Shown: positions 39,437-51,140 of the stretch, piece by piece | Layout: each line of letters starts with the position of its first letter | Position numbering within the stretch: position 1 is the first letter of the stretch | Source: Chiloscyllium plagiosum | Lineage: Eukaryota | Length of the DNA: 64,000 bases | Assembly: GCF_004010195.1 (NCBI RefSeq) | Contig: NC_057719.1 | Coordinates: forward strand, 65,413,634-65,477,633 | Direction: 5' to 3' | The notes under the pieces: generated by a model | The model's input: the letters and a program-made list of their open reading frames with translations, nothing else | Databases searched by the model: none | Told to the model about the DNA's origin: nothing | Program-made: the position numbers and the translations under genes

Positions 39437-40467
39437 NNNAAATATAATTAACTGCTTTATTATTGTGTTACACTCAAGAAAACCTGCGCAATTGGTTGTT
39501 TAAAGCTCACAGTGCACAAATAGTTAATTCATCACTGAATTAGTAAAACCTTTTTTTAGGAACAAAGCAAAGTGTGTTACTGTTAAATAAGAGGGAAAAG
39601 AGAGGACCCATTTGATCCTCCTCACCTGATCATAACAACATTAAGCTGACTTAATAACATTCCCATTAAATTGAGGGTAATCATCAAACATGCTAAATAA
39701 AAGGTAAGAACTATCAACAGAACAACTAACTCAATGATTTGAACTTGCACTGCCTACAATGTAAATGAGGTTAGGAATAAGTTGGTATCTTGTTAGCACA
39801 CTTTTTTTCATAAAGGTTAGCTATCTACAGGATTTTTATTTTGCCAAGTTCAGTGCAGCATATTTTGTTGCGCGCTTGCCAGACAGGGTTATAATGCTAA
39901 ACATGTATCACAATCTGCTACTAGTTGATGACCCTAAGTTGTCTGAATTCCTACCTCTATAACAAAGATATGAGCTGCTTGTTGAGACACTCAAAATACA
40001 TGTAAACATTACAGATAATGCATGTTTGCCAAGTTCAAGTTTATCACAAATTCACACTGGGGCTCCCTGAAACTGCCAAGGACAGATTGACCCCTGATTG
40101 TCCAGCCATCATTAGGCTGATGCCAAATTCACCATACTGAGTGGTGTCTCACTTAACCATAATGCTTCTGCAAAGATTTGAGTTTTTGTTCATTCTTAGT
40201 CAGGCAGTAATTGCTGCCCCAATCTACTTAGCTCCAGTTTTGCAATGCCCTTTTCCTTCCCGTGCTCCTCTGCTATTTCTGAAGTAGGTATATCCTGTTT
40301 CTACATCAGCACATATTGGTATGGCAATTATGTATTTCCAATATGATTAACATTATTTGGACCCATTTACAGTGTTATAGAGCAACGTAAGGTAACTTTT
40401 GTTACGTCATCCTAATGTAATAAGCAATTATTTTTCATAAGGTAAATGCCTCATTATAGTCATATTT

Positions 40468-40715
40468 GAGTCAGAGAATCATAGACATGTACAGCACAGA
40501 AACAGACCCTTTGGTCCAACTTGCCTATGCCAACCAGGTATCCCAACTCAGTCCAGTCCCGCCTGCCAGTACATGGCTCATATCCCTCCAAACCCTTGAT
40601 ATTCATATACTCATCCAAGTGCCTTTTAAATGTCACAATTGTACCAGCCTCCATCACTTCCTCCAGCAGCTCATCCCATACACATACCACCCTCTATGTG
40701 GAAAAGTTGTCCCAT
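40468..40715 (-). mobile_element. CR1 3' end
   Basis: VWDELLEEVMEAGTIVTFKRHLDEYM followed by the tail. Confidence 0.9.
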
Positions 40716-41599
40716 CAACAATCATTCTGGAGCTTGCTATTGCTAAGAGTAAAAGATAAATAATTGGGCAAAAATTATAACTGACGAGCATGATTGTTAT
40801 AAGTTGCTGGATAATAATTATCCCGTGAGACAGCAAAACATTTGATTAAATTGAGGAAACTCCAAGGCATCAAAGTAAGCATTGTTGAAGCAGGTATACA
40901 GACCAAATATAATCAGTTACGGTTGTGTTCTTGTTGTGATATGGATCAAACCAGAAGCTATTTAAGAGTCACTGATTACATCTTAATGCAGCACACAAGA
41001 GCATTTGATAGATCAACAAAATGAATTTGCAACTGGACAGTGTTTCTGTGATCATTGTGCATGCAAGGTTGAGATTGAAAACTTTTCAGCATTTTACAAG
41101 ATCAGGCTATGACATTGCAAACATCTCAGAGACAATTGAGCTGCAAAGCTGGAAAGGAGGGGTAAGTGAGAGAGGCAAAATGGCTGCAAAGAAATAGGAA
41201 ATCCAATAAATTATTTCCAATGACATGTTTTATATAAAGACCAGACAGCTCCTCCGAGGAACAAATTAGTGGAAATGTTGGTGAGCTTCAGGAAATAGCA
41301 GATATGCTACTTCTGTCAGACTGTAACAAGTTCCAGCTCCAGTCAGATTGGCCCAAGGATCATTTAACATTTGTACAGGTTAATAAATCACATATTGGGA
41401 AGAAACAGCAGCTCTTCACCATTTTAGAATTCCACATGAAATGGGATGGGCTTTGGGCCATATTTTTCAGAACTCAGACGAATCTGGAGCTACACTTTTT
41501 TTGCTGATCATTCATGGGATGTTGGCAGCATTGACTAGGGCAGCATTTTATTGCTCACATGGAATTGCCCTTGAGAGCAATTAAATTATTGAAAGGAAA

Positions 41600-42100
41600 C
41601 AGTCGGGAAGGCAAATAATATATTGATCTTCATTACAACAAAGTTCGAATACAGATGCAAAGAAGTTCTTATTGAGCTGTGCAGAGGCTTGGTGAAACCA
41701 CGTTTGGAGTATTGCAAGCAATTTTGGTTTCCTTCCCTAAGAAAATATATACTTGTCATGGAGAGAGTTCACCAGGTTGATTCCTGATTTGATGGATGAG
41801 GAGAGATTGGTTCAACAGGGCCTGTTTTCACCAAGTTTATAAGAATGAGAAGGAGTCTCACTGAAATGTTTCAAATTCTGACAGGGTATTTTCAGACTGG
41901 ACGCAGAAATGATGTTTCCAATAGCTGCGGGGCCGTCTGTGGATATGCTGTAGACCATTGTGGACTGAGATGGAAAGACATTTCTACATTCAGAGTGCGC
42001 TGAACTTGTAGAATTTTCTATCACAGAACACTGTGGAGCCAAAGATACAGAAGATATGTAAAAAAAAATTTCTAAAAGCTAAAGGTATCAAAGGGTAAGG
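41600..42100 (+). mobile_element. Old CR1 3' fragment
   Basis: ttggtgaaaccacgtttggagtattgc...ttttgg (LVKPRLEYC..FW). Confidence 0.75.
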
Positions 42101-42854
42101 GGAGGTGGGGTGGGGGGACGAGGGGAGGGTCAAGTGTGAGTAAGACAGCTCTTGTAATGTCTCTCATTGATCTGCTCGGCCAATGTCACTTTCCAATTGG
42201 TAGATTTTGAACACTGATGGATTTTTTTTCTTATCATCAGCAAGCACCCCTTATGTGTCCAGTGTCAAGCTGCTGAAAGATGGGAGACTGAACTCATAAT
42301 ATTTTCAGATTTCAGGTGTCAGCAGAAACAGGGGCAAAAGTGCAGAAAAGATGAAGGATGGATTTAACTGCAAATCCTATATATTCCAGTCGCTCTTCGT
42401 AACAAAGGCATCTGGTTCCGAAAGGTTCTACAGCTGCTTTAGGTACAGCAACAACTCTTTAAGAAATCCAGTCACATTCTTAAGTAAATATTTATGCAAC
42501 TACTTTGAAAAGGAAACCATTATATGTTTCTTGTTCTGTCAGGTAAGGTGCCTTCCTAACTTTTAATTTAATAACCATATTACCCTGCAGTGATTAGACA
42601 TCTCCTGAGATCCCCACAATCATAAATAGAAGACTGCAGCCAATGCAATTCACTCTATTTATAGCAAGAAATGACTGAATGTAATACCTACAGCAAAGGA
42701 TATGGACACAGGCAATATCCCAGTTGAAGTTTGGAATAATTGTGTTCCAGCACCAGCTACAAGCAATTCCAAGTCAGCTATAACATTGGCATTTACCCAA
42801 CAAAACAAAAAAGCAGTGTAACGTAAGTTGTAATTGTAGGAACAAAGCATTTTT

Positions 42855-43112
42855 AAAAATTAATTCACAGGATGCGAGTTTCACTTGCTAGGCCAGCATT
42901 TAATACCCATTCCTAATTGCCCAGAAGTCAGTTAGGGGTAAACCACTTTCTATGAGCCTGGAGTCATAATATAGGTGTGACCAGGTAAGGAAGTCAGTAT
43001 TCTTCTTTAAATGGCATTAGTGAATGAGTTTTGTTCCAACAATTGACAATGGTATCATTGCCAATGGACTCTTATTTCCAGATTTCGATTGACTTCAAGT
43101 TCCACCATTTGC
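42855..43112 (-). mobile_element. SINE related to the tRNA-headed LINE (head body joined to LINE tail)
   Basis: Tail gccagcatttaatacccattcctaattgccc abuts a body similar to 15160-15345. Confidence 0.7.
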
Positions 43113-44194
43113 TCCTGCTATTGCAGCTGCTCCTGCTGCTTGTAGTTACTCCAGCTGGGAGACCTGCTGTCATGGTACACCATCCTGGCACACCTACAGT
43201 CCGTTTTCTGCAAACAGTCTGTGCTTTCCTCATCCAACTTCATGTTGGTTGACATATCCCTCTAAGGTAACATTGAGGGCCGAAGGGCCTGTTCTATGCT
43301 GTATTGTTCTATGTTCTATGTACTAAGGCTTGTCCTCTATAAGAGATTTGATAGAGCATTGACCAGGAGAAACTGATTCATCTCGTGTCAGAATCCAGAA
43401 CAAGAGGGTATCATGATAAAGTTAGAGCCAGGTTCCTGTGGGTGCTGACATAAAATACTCCCTCAGAAAAATTGCAGTGAAAATTTGGAACTCTTTCAAA
43501 AATGGTGCTCGAGCTGAGGGGCAATTGAAAATTTCCAAATGAAAGTGATACATTTTTGCTCAGGAAAAGCAGAAGAGAACTGAAAATCGAATAAAGGGGG
43601 AGGAGATGAAATATGAAAACAAGTTAGCTAGTAATATAAAAGAAGATTGCAAGAGTTTCTTTAGATATCTGAAAGGAAAGAGAAAGACAAGAATGGACAT
43701 TGGACCGCTGAAAAATAAGGCTGGAGAATGGGGAACAAGGAAATGACAGACTTTGCATTGGTTTCCACAGTGGAAGATACCAGCAGTATACCAGAACTTC
43801 AAGAGAGGGGCAGAGGTGAATGCAAGTGGCCATTGCTAAGGAGAAGGTGCTGGGGATGCTGAAGGGTCTGAAGGTGGATAAACTACCCCAACCAGATAGA
43901 CTACACCAGAGTTCTGAAGGAGAAGCTGACAAGATTGTAGAGACATTGGTGGTGAACTTTTAGGAGTCACTGGAGTCAAGGAGGATGTCTGAAGACTGGA
44001 AAATGTAACAGCCCTGTTGAGGAGGGATTGAGGCAGAAGACCTGATCTTGGTTGCTGATAAGACCTTGCATTCTATTATTAAGGATGACCTTGCAGAGTA
44101 GTTGGAAATGCGTGGTAAAATAGGGTTGAGTCAGCACAGCTTCGTCAAGAGGATGTCATGTCTGACAAATCTTTTAGAATTCTTTGAGGAGGTA

Positions 44195-45762
44195 GGATAT
44201 ACTTAAGAGGGAAATCAGGAGGGCAAAAAGGGGACATGAGATAGCTTTGGCAAATAAGGTTAAGGCGACTCCAGAGAAACTCTATAAATACATGAAGGAG
44301 AAAGGGGTAAACAGGGAGAGAATAGGGCCCCGCAAAGATCAGCAAGGCAGCCTTTATGTGGAACTGCAGGAGATGGGGAAGATACTAAACAAGTATTTTG
44401 CATCAATGTGGGGAAATAGATGGTGACATCTTCAAAAATGTCCATATGACAGAGGAGCAAGTGCTGGATGTCTTAAAACAAGTGGTGGGCAAGTTGTTGG
44501 AGGGAATCATGAGAGACAGGATCTACATGTATTTGGAAAGGCAAGGTTTTTTGAAGAAGTAACGAAGAGGATTGATGAGGGCGGAGTGATGGGTGTGATC
44601 TATATGGACTTCAAGTAAGGGATTTGACAAGGTTCCTCATGGTAGACTGGTTAGCAAGGTTTGATCACATGGAATACAGGGAGAACTAACCATTTGAATA
44701 GAAGAACTGGCTTGAAGATAGAAGACAGAAGATGATGGTGGAGAGTTGCCTTTCAGACTGGATGACTGTAACCAGTGGTGTGACGAAAGGATCAATGCTG
44801 GGTCCGCAGCATTTCAGCATTTATATAAATGATTTGGTTGTGAACATAGAAGGTATAGTTAGTAAGTTTTCAGATGACACCAAAATTGGAGGTGTAGTGG
44901 ACAGCGAAGAAGGTTACCTCAACGTACAACAAGATCTTGATCAGATGGGCCAATGGGCTGAGGAGTGGCAGATGGAGTTTAATTTAGATAAATGCAAGGT
45001 GCTGCACTTTGGAAAGGTAACTCAAAGCAGGACTTGTACACTTAATGGTAAGGTCTTGGGGAGTGTTACTGAACAAAGAGACCTTGGAGTCCTCGGTAGA
45101 TAGGATAGTGAAGAAGGCACTTAGTATGCTTTCCTTTATTGGTCAGAGCATTGAGTATAGGAGTTGGGAGATCACGTTGTGGCTGTATAGGACATTGGTT
45201 TGGTCACGTTTGGAATATTGTGTGCAATTTTAGTCTCCTTCCTATTGGAAGGATGTTGTGAAACTTGAAAAGGTTCAGAAAAGTTTCAAAAGGATGATGC
45301 TAGGGTTGGAGGATTTAACCTCTAGGAGAGGCTGAATAGGCTGTGACTGTTTTCGCTGGAGTGTCAGAGTCTGAGGGGTGACCTTACAGTGGTTTATAAA
45401 ATCATGAGGGGCACAGATAGGATAAATAAACAAGGTCTGTTCCCTGTTGTGGGAGAGTCTGGAACTAAAGGGCATAGGTTTAGCGTGAGAGGGGAAAAGT
45501 TTAAAAGGGACCTAACGGGCAACTTTTTCACTCAGAGGGTGGTGTGTATATGGAATGAGCTGCCAGAGGAAGTGGTGGAGGCTGGTACAATTACAACATT
45601 TAAAAGGCACCTGGATGGGTAGATAAATAGGAAGGGTTGAGAGGGATATGGGCCAAGTGCTGACAAATGGGACTAGATTAGGTTAGAATAACTGATCGGA
45701 ATGGATAATTTGGACTGAAGGATCTGTTTCCGTGCTGTACATCTCTTTGACTCTGTGACTCT
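44195..45762 (+). mobile_element. Younger CR1 LINE with internal deletions
   Basis: ORF 44732-45103 YINDLVVNIEGIVSKFSDDTKIGG...WAEEWQMEFNLDKC; tail ctgtacatctctttgactctgtgactct. Confidence 0.95.
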
Positions 45763-45770
45763 AGGTAACA

Positions 45771-45963
45771 GTGTCGAGAGCGTGGTGCTGGAAAAGCACA
45801 GCAGGTCAGGCAGTATTCGAGGAGCAGGAAAATCGACATTACGGGCAAAAGCCCTTCATCAGGGATTTCCTGCTCCTTGGATGTTGCCTGACCTGCTGTA
45901 CATTTCCAGCACCACACTCTCGATTCTGATTGGCAGCATCTGCAGTCCTCACTTTTCTCTAGT
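45771..45963. mobile_element. Penelope-derived foldback mini-element (family A) with 15-bp TSD
   Basis: Inverted arms around a minus-strand CTGATGA (45856-45862). TSD tgactctaggtaaca (45756-45770) / tgactctcggtaaca (45964-45978). Confidence 0.85.
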
Positions 45964-47149
45964 TGACTCTCGGTAACAAGCAACTTAGACAAAGCAGAGC
46001 CTGTAGACATGATCTATTTGGATTTCCAGAAGGCCTTTGACAAGGTTCCACACAGGAAACTATGAAGTAAAATAAGAGCTCATGGTATTGCAGGTAAGTT
46101 ACTGGCATGGATAGAGGATTGGCTGACCAGCAGACATCCAAGAATGGGTTAAAGGGGTCTTTTCAGGATGGCGGCCGGTGACTAGTGGACTTCCACAGGG
46201 GTCTGTCTTGGGACCGTGACTATTCACATTATACAATAACGATCTGCATGAAGGAACTGAGGGCATTATTGCCAAGTTTCAGAAGGCACAAGGATAGGTG
46301 GAGGGACAATTAGTGTTCAGAAAATGAAGAGGGTGCAGTAGGACTTGGACAGGCTAAAAGACAAAGCAAAAATGTGGCAGATGGAATGCAATGTGAGAAC
46401 GAATGAGGTAATGCACATTGATAGGAAGAATAGAGATATAGAAATCTGAAGCTCAAAAGGATTTGGGAGTCTAAGTTCAGGATTCTCTTAAAGTTAATAT
46501 GCAGGTTCGGTTGGCAGTTAGGAAGGTAAATGCAATGTTAGCATTCATTTCAAGAGGGCTAGAATGCAATTGCAGGGAAGCATTGCTAAGGCTGTATAAG
46601 GCCCTGGTCAGACTGCATTTGGAATGTTGAGAACAGTTTCTGGTCTCGTATCTAGGGAAGAATGTGCTAGCGTAGGAAGAAGCCCAGAAGAAATTTAGAA
46701 GAATGATCCTGGTATGAAGGGCTTATCATATGAGCAGCTGTTGAAGACTCTGGGTCCATATTTGATGGAGTTTAGAAGGATAGGAGGGGAATCTCATTGA
46801 AACTTACAGAATACTGAGAGGTCCAGATAGAGTGGACATAGAAAAAATGTTTCCACTAGGAGGAAATACTAAAGTTCAAGGGCACAGCCTTAGAATGAAG
46901 GCATGACCTTTCAGAACTGAGATGAGAAAGAATTTCCTCAGCCACAGAATGGTGACTCTGTGGAACTCATTGAATGTATTTAAGACAGAGATAAATAGAT
47001 TCTTGATTGTTAAGGGGATCAAGGGTTACACAGATATGGCAGGAGAATGGAGTTGAGAAACATATCGGCCATGAGCAAATGACAGAGCAGGCTCGACTGG
47101 CCATACAGCCTAATTCTGCTCCAAAATCTAATAGTCTTATGTATCTACT

Positions 47150-47400
47150 GTCCATGACCTTCGAGATGTCAGTGCCATGGGTTTGGAAAGTGCTGTCTAA
47201 GGACTCTTGATGAATTACTCCTATTGCATTTCTGCAACTTCTGCGTCTTCTAGATATTACACACTGCTGCTGCTGAGTGTTGGTGGTGGAGAGATTGGAC
47301 ATTTGAGAATGTGGTGCCAATGAAGCCGGCTGCTTTATCCTGGATGGTGTCAAGCATCTTGAGTGTTGTTGGAGCTGCACCCATCCAGGCAAGTACACAA
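47150..47400 (-). mobile_element. LINE ORF C-terminal fragment, probably the second APE-RT family
   Basis: LAWMGAAPTTLKMLDTIQDKAAGFIG...SLHHQHSAAAVC. Confidence 0.7.
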
Positions 47401-49129
47401 TAAAGGGTAATGATTACAGCTGCCTCCAAGCAATGCTGACACATACTGTTTAGAGGTTCCAACTGTTCCTGTCTCAGTCCAAAATAATGCTAACACAACA
47501 TGAGAGATGAAGCTTCACACTTTGTGTCATATTCATGGAATTCTCTTACTAGATAACATCATTACCTTAGTCTATTTTTCTTCTGTGCACAAGTCCAAAT
47601 GGGAAGTTATCCACTGAAAAAGAAACAGGATTCTAAGCATGAAGTTATCAGAAATCTGTAACTGGCCTGTACGTATCTCAAAATATTTCTGCATTCCCTT
47701 GTGAAAATTACATCCAGCTGATCATCAGAAATAAAAAGGGAAAGATCGACTCAAAACACAGTGAAATTCTGAATTTGTCAGGGAAATATTATAAAAAGAA
47801 ACCCTCGTGGACTGGAAGGGTTTGAATTTAAAAGCTGACCTGGTTCATTTGCTGAGGCCTGAAACTTAATTTGACACTTTAGAAGTCATAATTTTTCTGG
47901 TTCTAATCAAAAGTTTTGAGAGAGCTCCTGCACCTGAGGGTAAGGACCTGGATTCAAGATAATTATTTTTTCTCTCTTAATAAAGTACGGTAAGCTTAAT
48001 TAAACTGATCCTTACCATTTATAAATGAAGTAAATATCCAGTCTGTTCTTACCTCTCTCTTAGTTTTCTTGTACTTATGGGATGGTCAATGAGTTGTCCT
48101 TTTTGATAATCACGGGAATATTAATTCTATATCTCCTTGATTTCTTCTGTCAGCTACAAGCACACATTCTTCAGTAAATATTTAATGCTGTTTGGTGCAA
48201 TGTGACCAGAACATGATAGCTTCTGTTCACATGAGAAGGTTGTCATGGTTCCACCTTCTGACCTTGCGCTGTTTCACATTTCTGAACCAGCAGCTGGATT
48301 TCATTTGTCTTATCTTTAGGAGCGGATATTGTCGACTATTGGCCTCCATGAAAGAACTTACTGATATGCAAACATGATGCCAGCTTACATAGACCCTATA
48401 GTTAATGGATTTCCATTAAAAATACACACAAGAGCACACACATAGAAGCATTAGGTGCAGTGTTTGTAGAGGACCAGACCCACTCGGAATAAGCATATAG
48501 ACCCTTCTAGGATACGATAGCCAAGTAAAGTATGTTCAGAGCACAGGTAAATAGGGCGATTATCAATTTGAAAAATCTTTCCAAAATATACCAAAGGGTA
48601 GGTGGTAAGAGTGGAGAGTTCCTTGGTCAGCCATGTAATTAATATAAATTTGAGCTGCTCTGATCACAATCCAGGCCGCAATAGGCAAGTTTAAATACAT
48701 ATTGTGCTCATCCCCATCCTTGGAACTGTGTTGGCTGGACACCAGTGTGAAGCAGTTTGGTGCTTTTAGTTCCAGATTTTTATTGAAGTCAAATTTCTCC
48801 ATCTGCCATGAGCCACGAGGGATTCTGGATGGTTAGTCTAGTGACATGACCACTCTGCCACATTCTCTCCTGTGATCAAGTGATCATTTTTTAAGGTCAG
48901 TGCATTTCCTTTCTAAAACCATTTCAAGTTAACCAGATGAAGGAAATCAAAAATTGACATTTCCTATTTTACCACAATCATGATAGTTTTCATAAGCATT
49001 TAATGTTTAGTATGAATAGCTAAAGAGAGGAGAATATAGTATAAGAGGAAAAAGGGGAATGCAATTGGAGTGGTTGAATTATTCCAGAGATACTTCACAA
49101 ATATTTAGCACAAACGATGCTGGAAATGT

Positions 49130-49560
49130 GAATATATTGTTGGGAAACATGTGAGCCTTCTTCAGAGAATGCAAAAGAGATTTGCTAGAGCAGTTCCAGA
49201 AACAGGGAAATTGTTGCTGCAAGATTAGATTGGAGAAGCTGGGTTTACTCTCCTTTGAGAAATGGTGATTAAGGAAAGCTGGGATAGACATGCATGAGAA
49301 GCTGACAGGTTTGGTTAAGGTAGCTAAGAGAAAAACTAACTGATAGTACAAGGGCTAGGGGACACAGATGGAAGATTTTGGACAAGAGATCCAGAGGAGG
49401 AATGTGAGGAAGAGAATGGAAACGATCTGGAACTTACTACCTATGAGATGGTCAAAGACAATCAATTATTTCAAAAGGATATCAGATAGGCTTTTGGACA
49501 GAATAAGAGGGAATCCTTTGAAGCAGCAGGAGAGAAAGAATTGATTTGTATAAAAGAGTG
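49130..49560 (+). mobile_element. Very old CR1 3' fragment
   Basis: agattggagaagctgggtttactctcctttgag (RLEKLGLLSFE). Confidence 0.55.
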
Positions 49561-50859
49561 ATCATAAACCGACAAAGATAACTCAGCGGGCAATAGTCCT
49601 TAAATTGTTGGACAAAGTCAGAGAGAATTTCTGATCATTTAGTCATTTTTTAGACCAGCAAAGAATTCCAAATTGTGACAGAAAGTGTTATGAAACAAAG
49701 CTTCATTGATGTTACTTCACGCCACTGGCAATTCACTTGTGAAGAGAAACAGGATTCAATAAGTAGTTTTATCAATTCAATTTTGACAATTAAAAAGCAA
49801 ATAAACTGCCAGTCACAGCAAAAGGTTCACAGTATGTCCAGGCTTGTGTGACAGGGAGATTCCTCTCTGAAAACACAACTTGGACTAAAGTCATCGTCAG
49901 GATAACAACATGTAATGTGGTTGCAGCCCCACCTTAGGAAAAATTTGACAAGCGTCTCACTTGAATGAAAGCTCTTCATTAAGTAATTACATATGATTGG
50001 TCTATTTTTGTGAGCTTGTTAGGAATGTTAGAGCACTGAAAAAAGGAAAGAAGAACTGACTATATGTTTACATATCAGTGGAAACATTTTGGAAACATCT
50101 CTTAAGCACATGGAGGCTGCTGAATAAACTAACATGCTGGCATGTTACTTAAAAGACCTCACTTAATGTTTTCTCTCTCTGATATTCATGCACATACATG
50201 GGATAACAGGAGAACAAAGGCTGCCTCATCTCTTCCCAAGCTGAAGTGTACAGATACCAATTCTGTTCTTAGATTTTAGACAGTCCTCAATAATTCAGGA
50301 TCAGATTACATAAGAAAACAGGGTTTGCAAAACTTTGAACAACTTCCTATTTGGTCACATTCAGAAAGCTTTTGTTAACTCATAACCTGGGTGTTCTAAA
50401 TTCACTCACTTTTTCAGTTGAACCTAACCTGCTCTCCAATCACAACATCAGTGCAGCAATTTAGAACGAGGGACATCTTGGCTTCTCATCCAGAAGCAAA
50501 GATACCCTGTCCCATGAACCATGATTCCTAATGTTGGCACACCCCAAAGGAAGATACCCATGAGACTCTCCTGTTTATGGTATAACTTTGATTGTTAATA
50601 ACTAAGCACGGGTAGAGATTGGGACTGGGTAAACTGAAGAAAATGAAAGTAGACTCAATTTATCTACTTCCTGGTTAAAAATGAGGCTAATTTGGTTACA
50701 TGGATGTAAAATGCTCCCTAGACAGTCGCAATAATTAACACTGATGGATGAACAGGTATCATATCATTTTAATCAATAATCTTACAGAACTGATAAAACC
50801 AAATATTCTTGCATGTAGACAACACTTTCACTCCTAGCAAATTTTGTAAATCACGTTAC

Positions 50860-51140
50860 AATCAATTAAGCACTTTTATGAAGTATATTTTCTTTTGCAA
50901 TGTAGAAAAAGTGGCAGCATAGAAAGATCCCATAAACAATAGTACCTAGATAGATTGCATTAATGACAATGATTTTTGGCCAATATTGGTCAAGGCATTA
51001 TAGATAACTCTCTTGCCTTTTTTTTTCAAATAGAGCTGTCATATTTATCTTTGATAGCTCTCCCTTTGCACTGGACTGTCAGTCTTGTATTCAAGTCCTG
51101 AAGTTGGACTTGAACCATAATCCTTGTAACTCAGAGGAGG
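50860..51140 (-). mobile_element. Ancient Deu-domain-type SINE remnant
   Basis: Minus-strand B-box-like ggttcaagtcc near 51110; body similar to 31910-32225. Confidence 0.4.

Larger units (their letters stand above)
43560..47145 (+). mobile_element. Older CR1 LINE ORF2 and 3' UTR, split at 44194 by nested insertions
   Basis: SCLTNLLEFFEEV breaks at 44194 and resumes near 45973 as [27 protein letters not shown]. Tail near 47140. Confidence 0.9.

Noticed and set aside
39200..39640. LTR-like ends (also about 17160-17465)
   Set aside because: Only a vague resemblance; no paired termini or TSD found.
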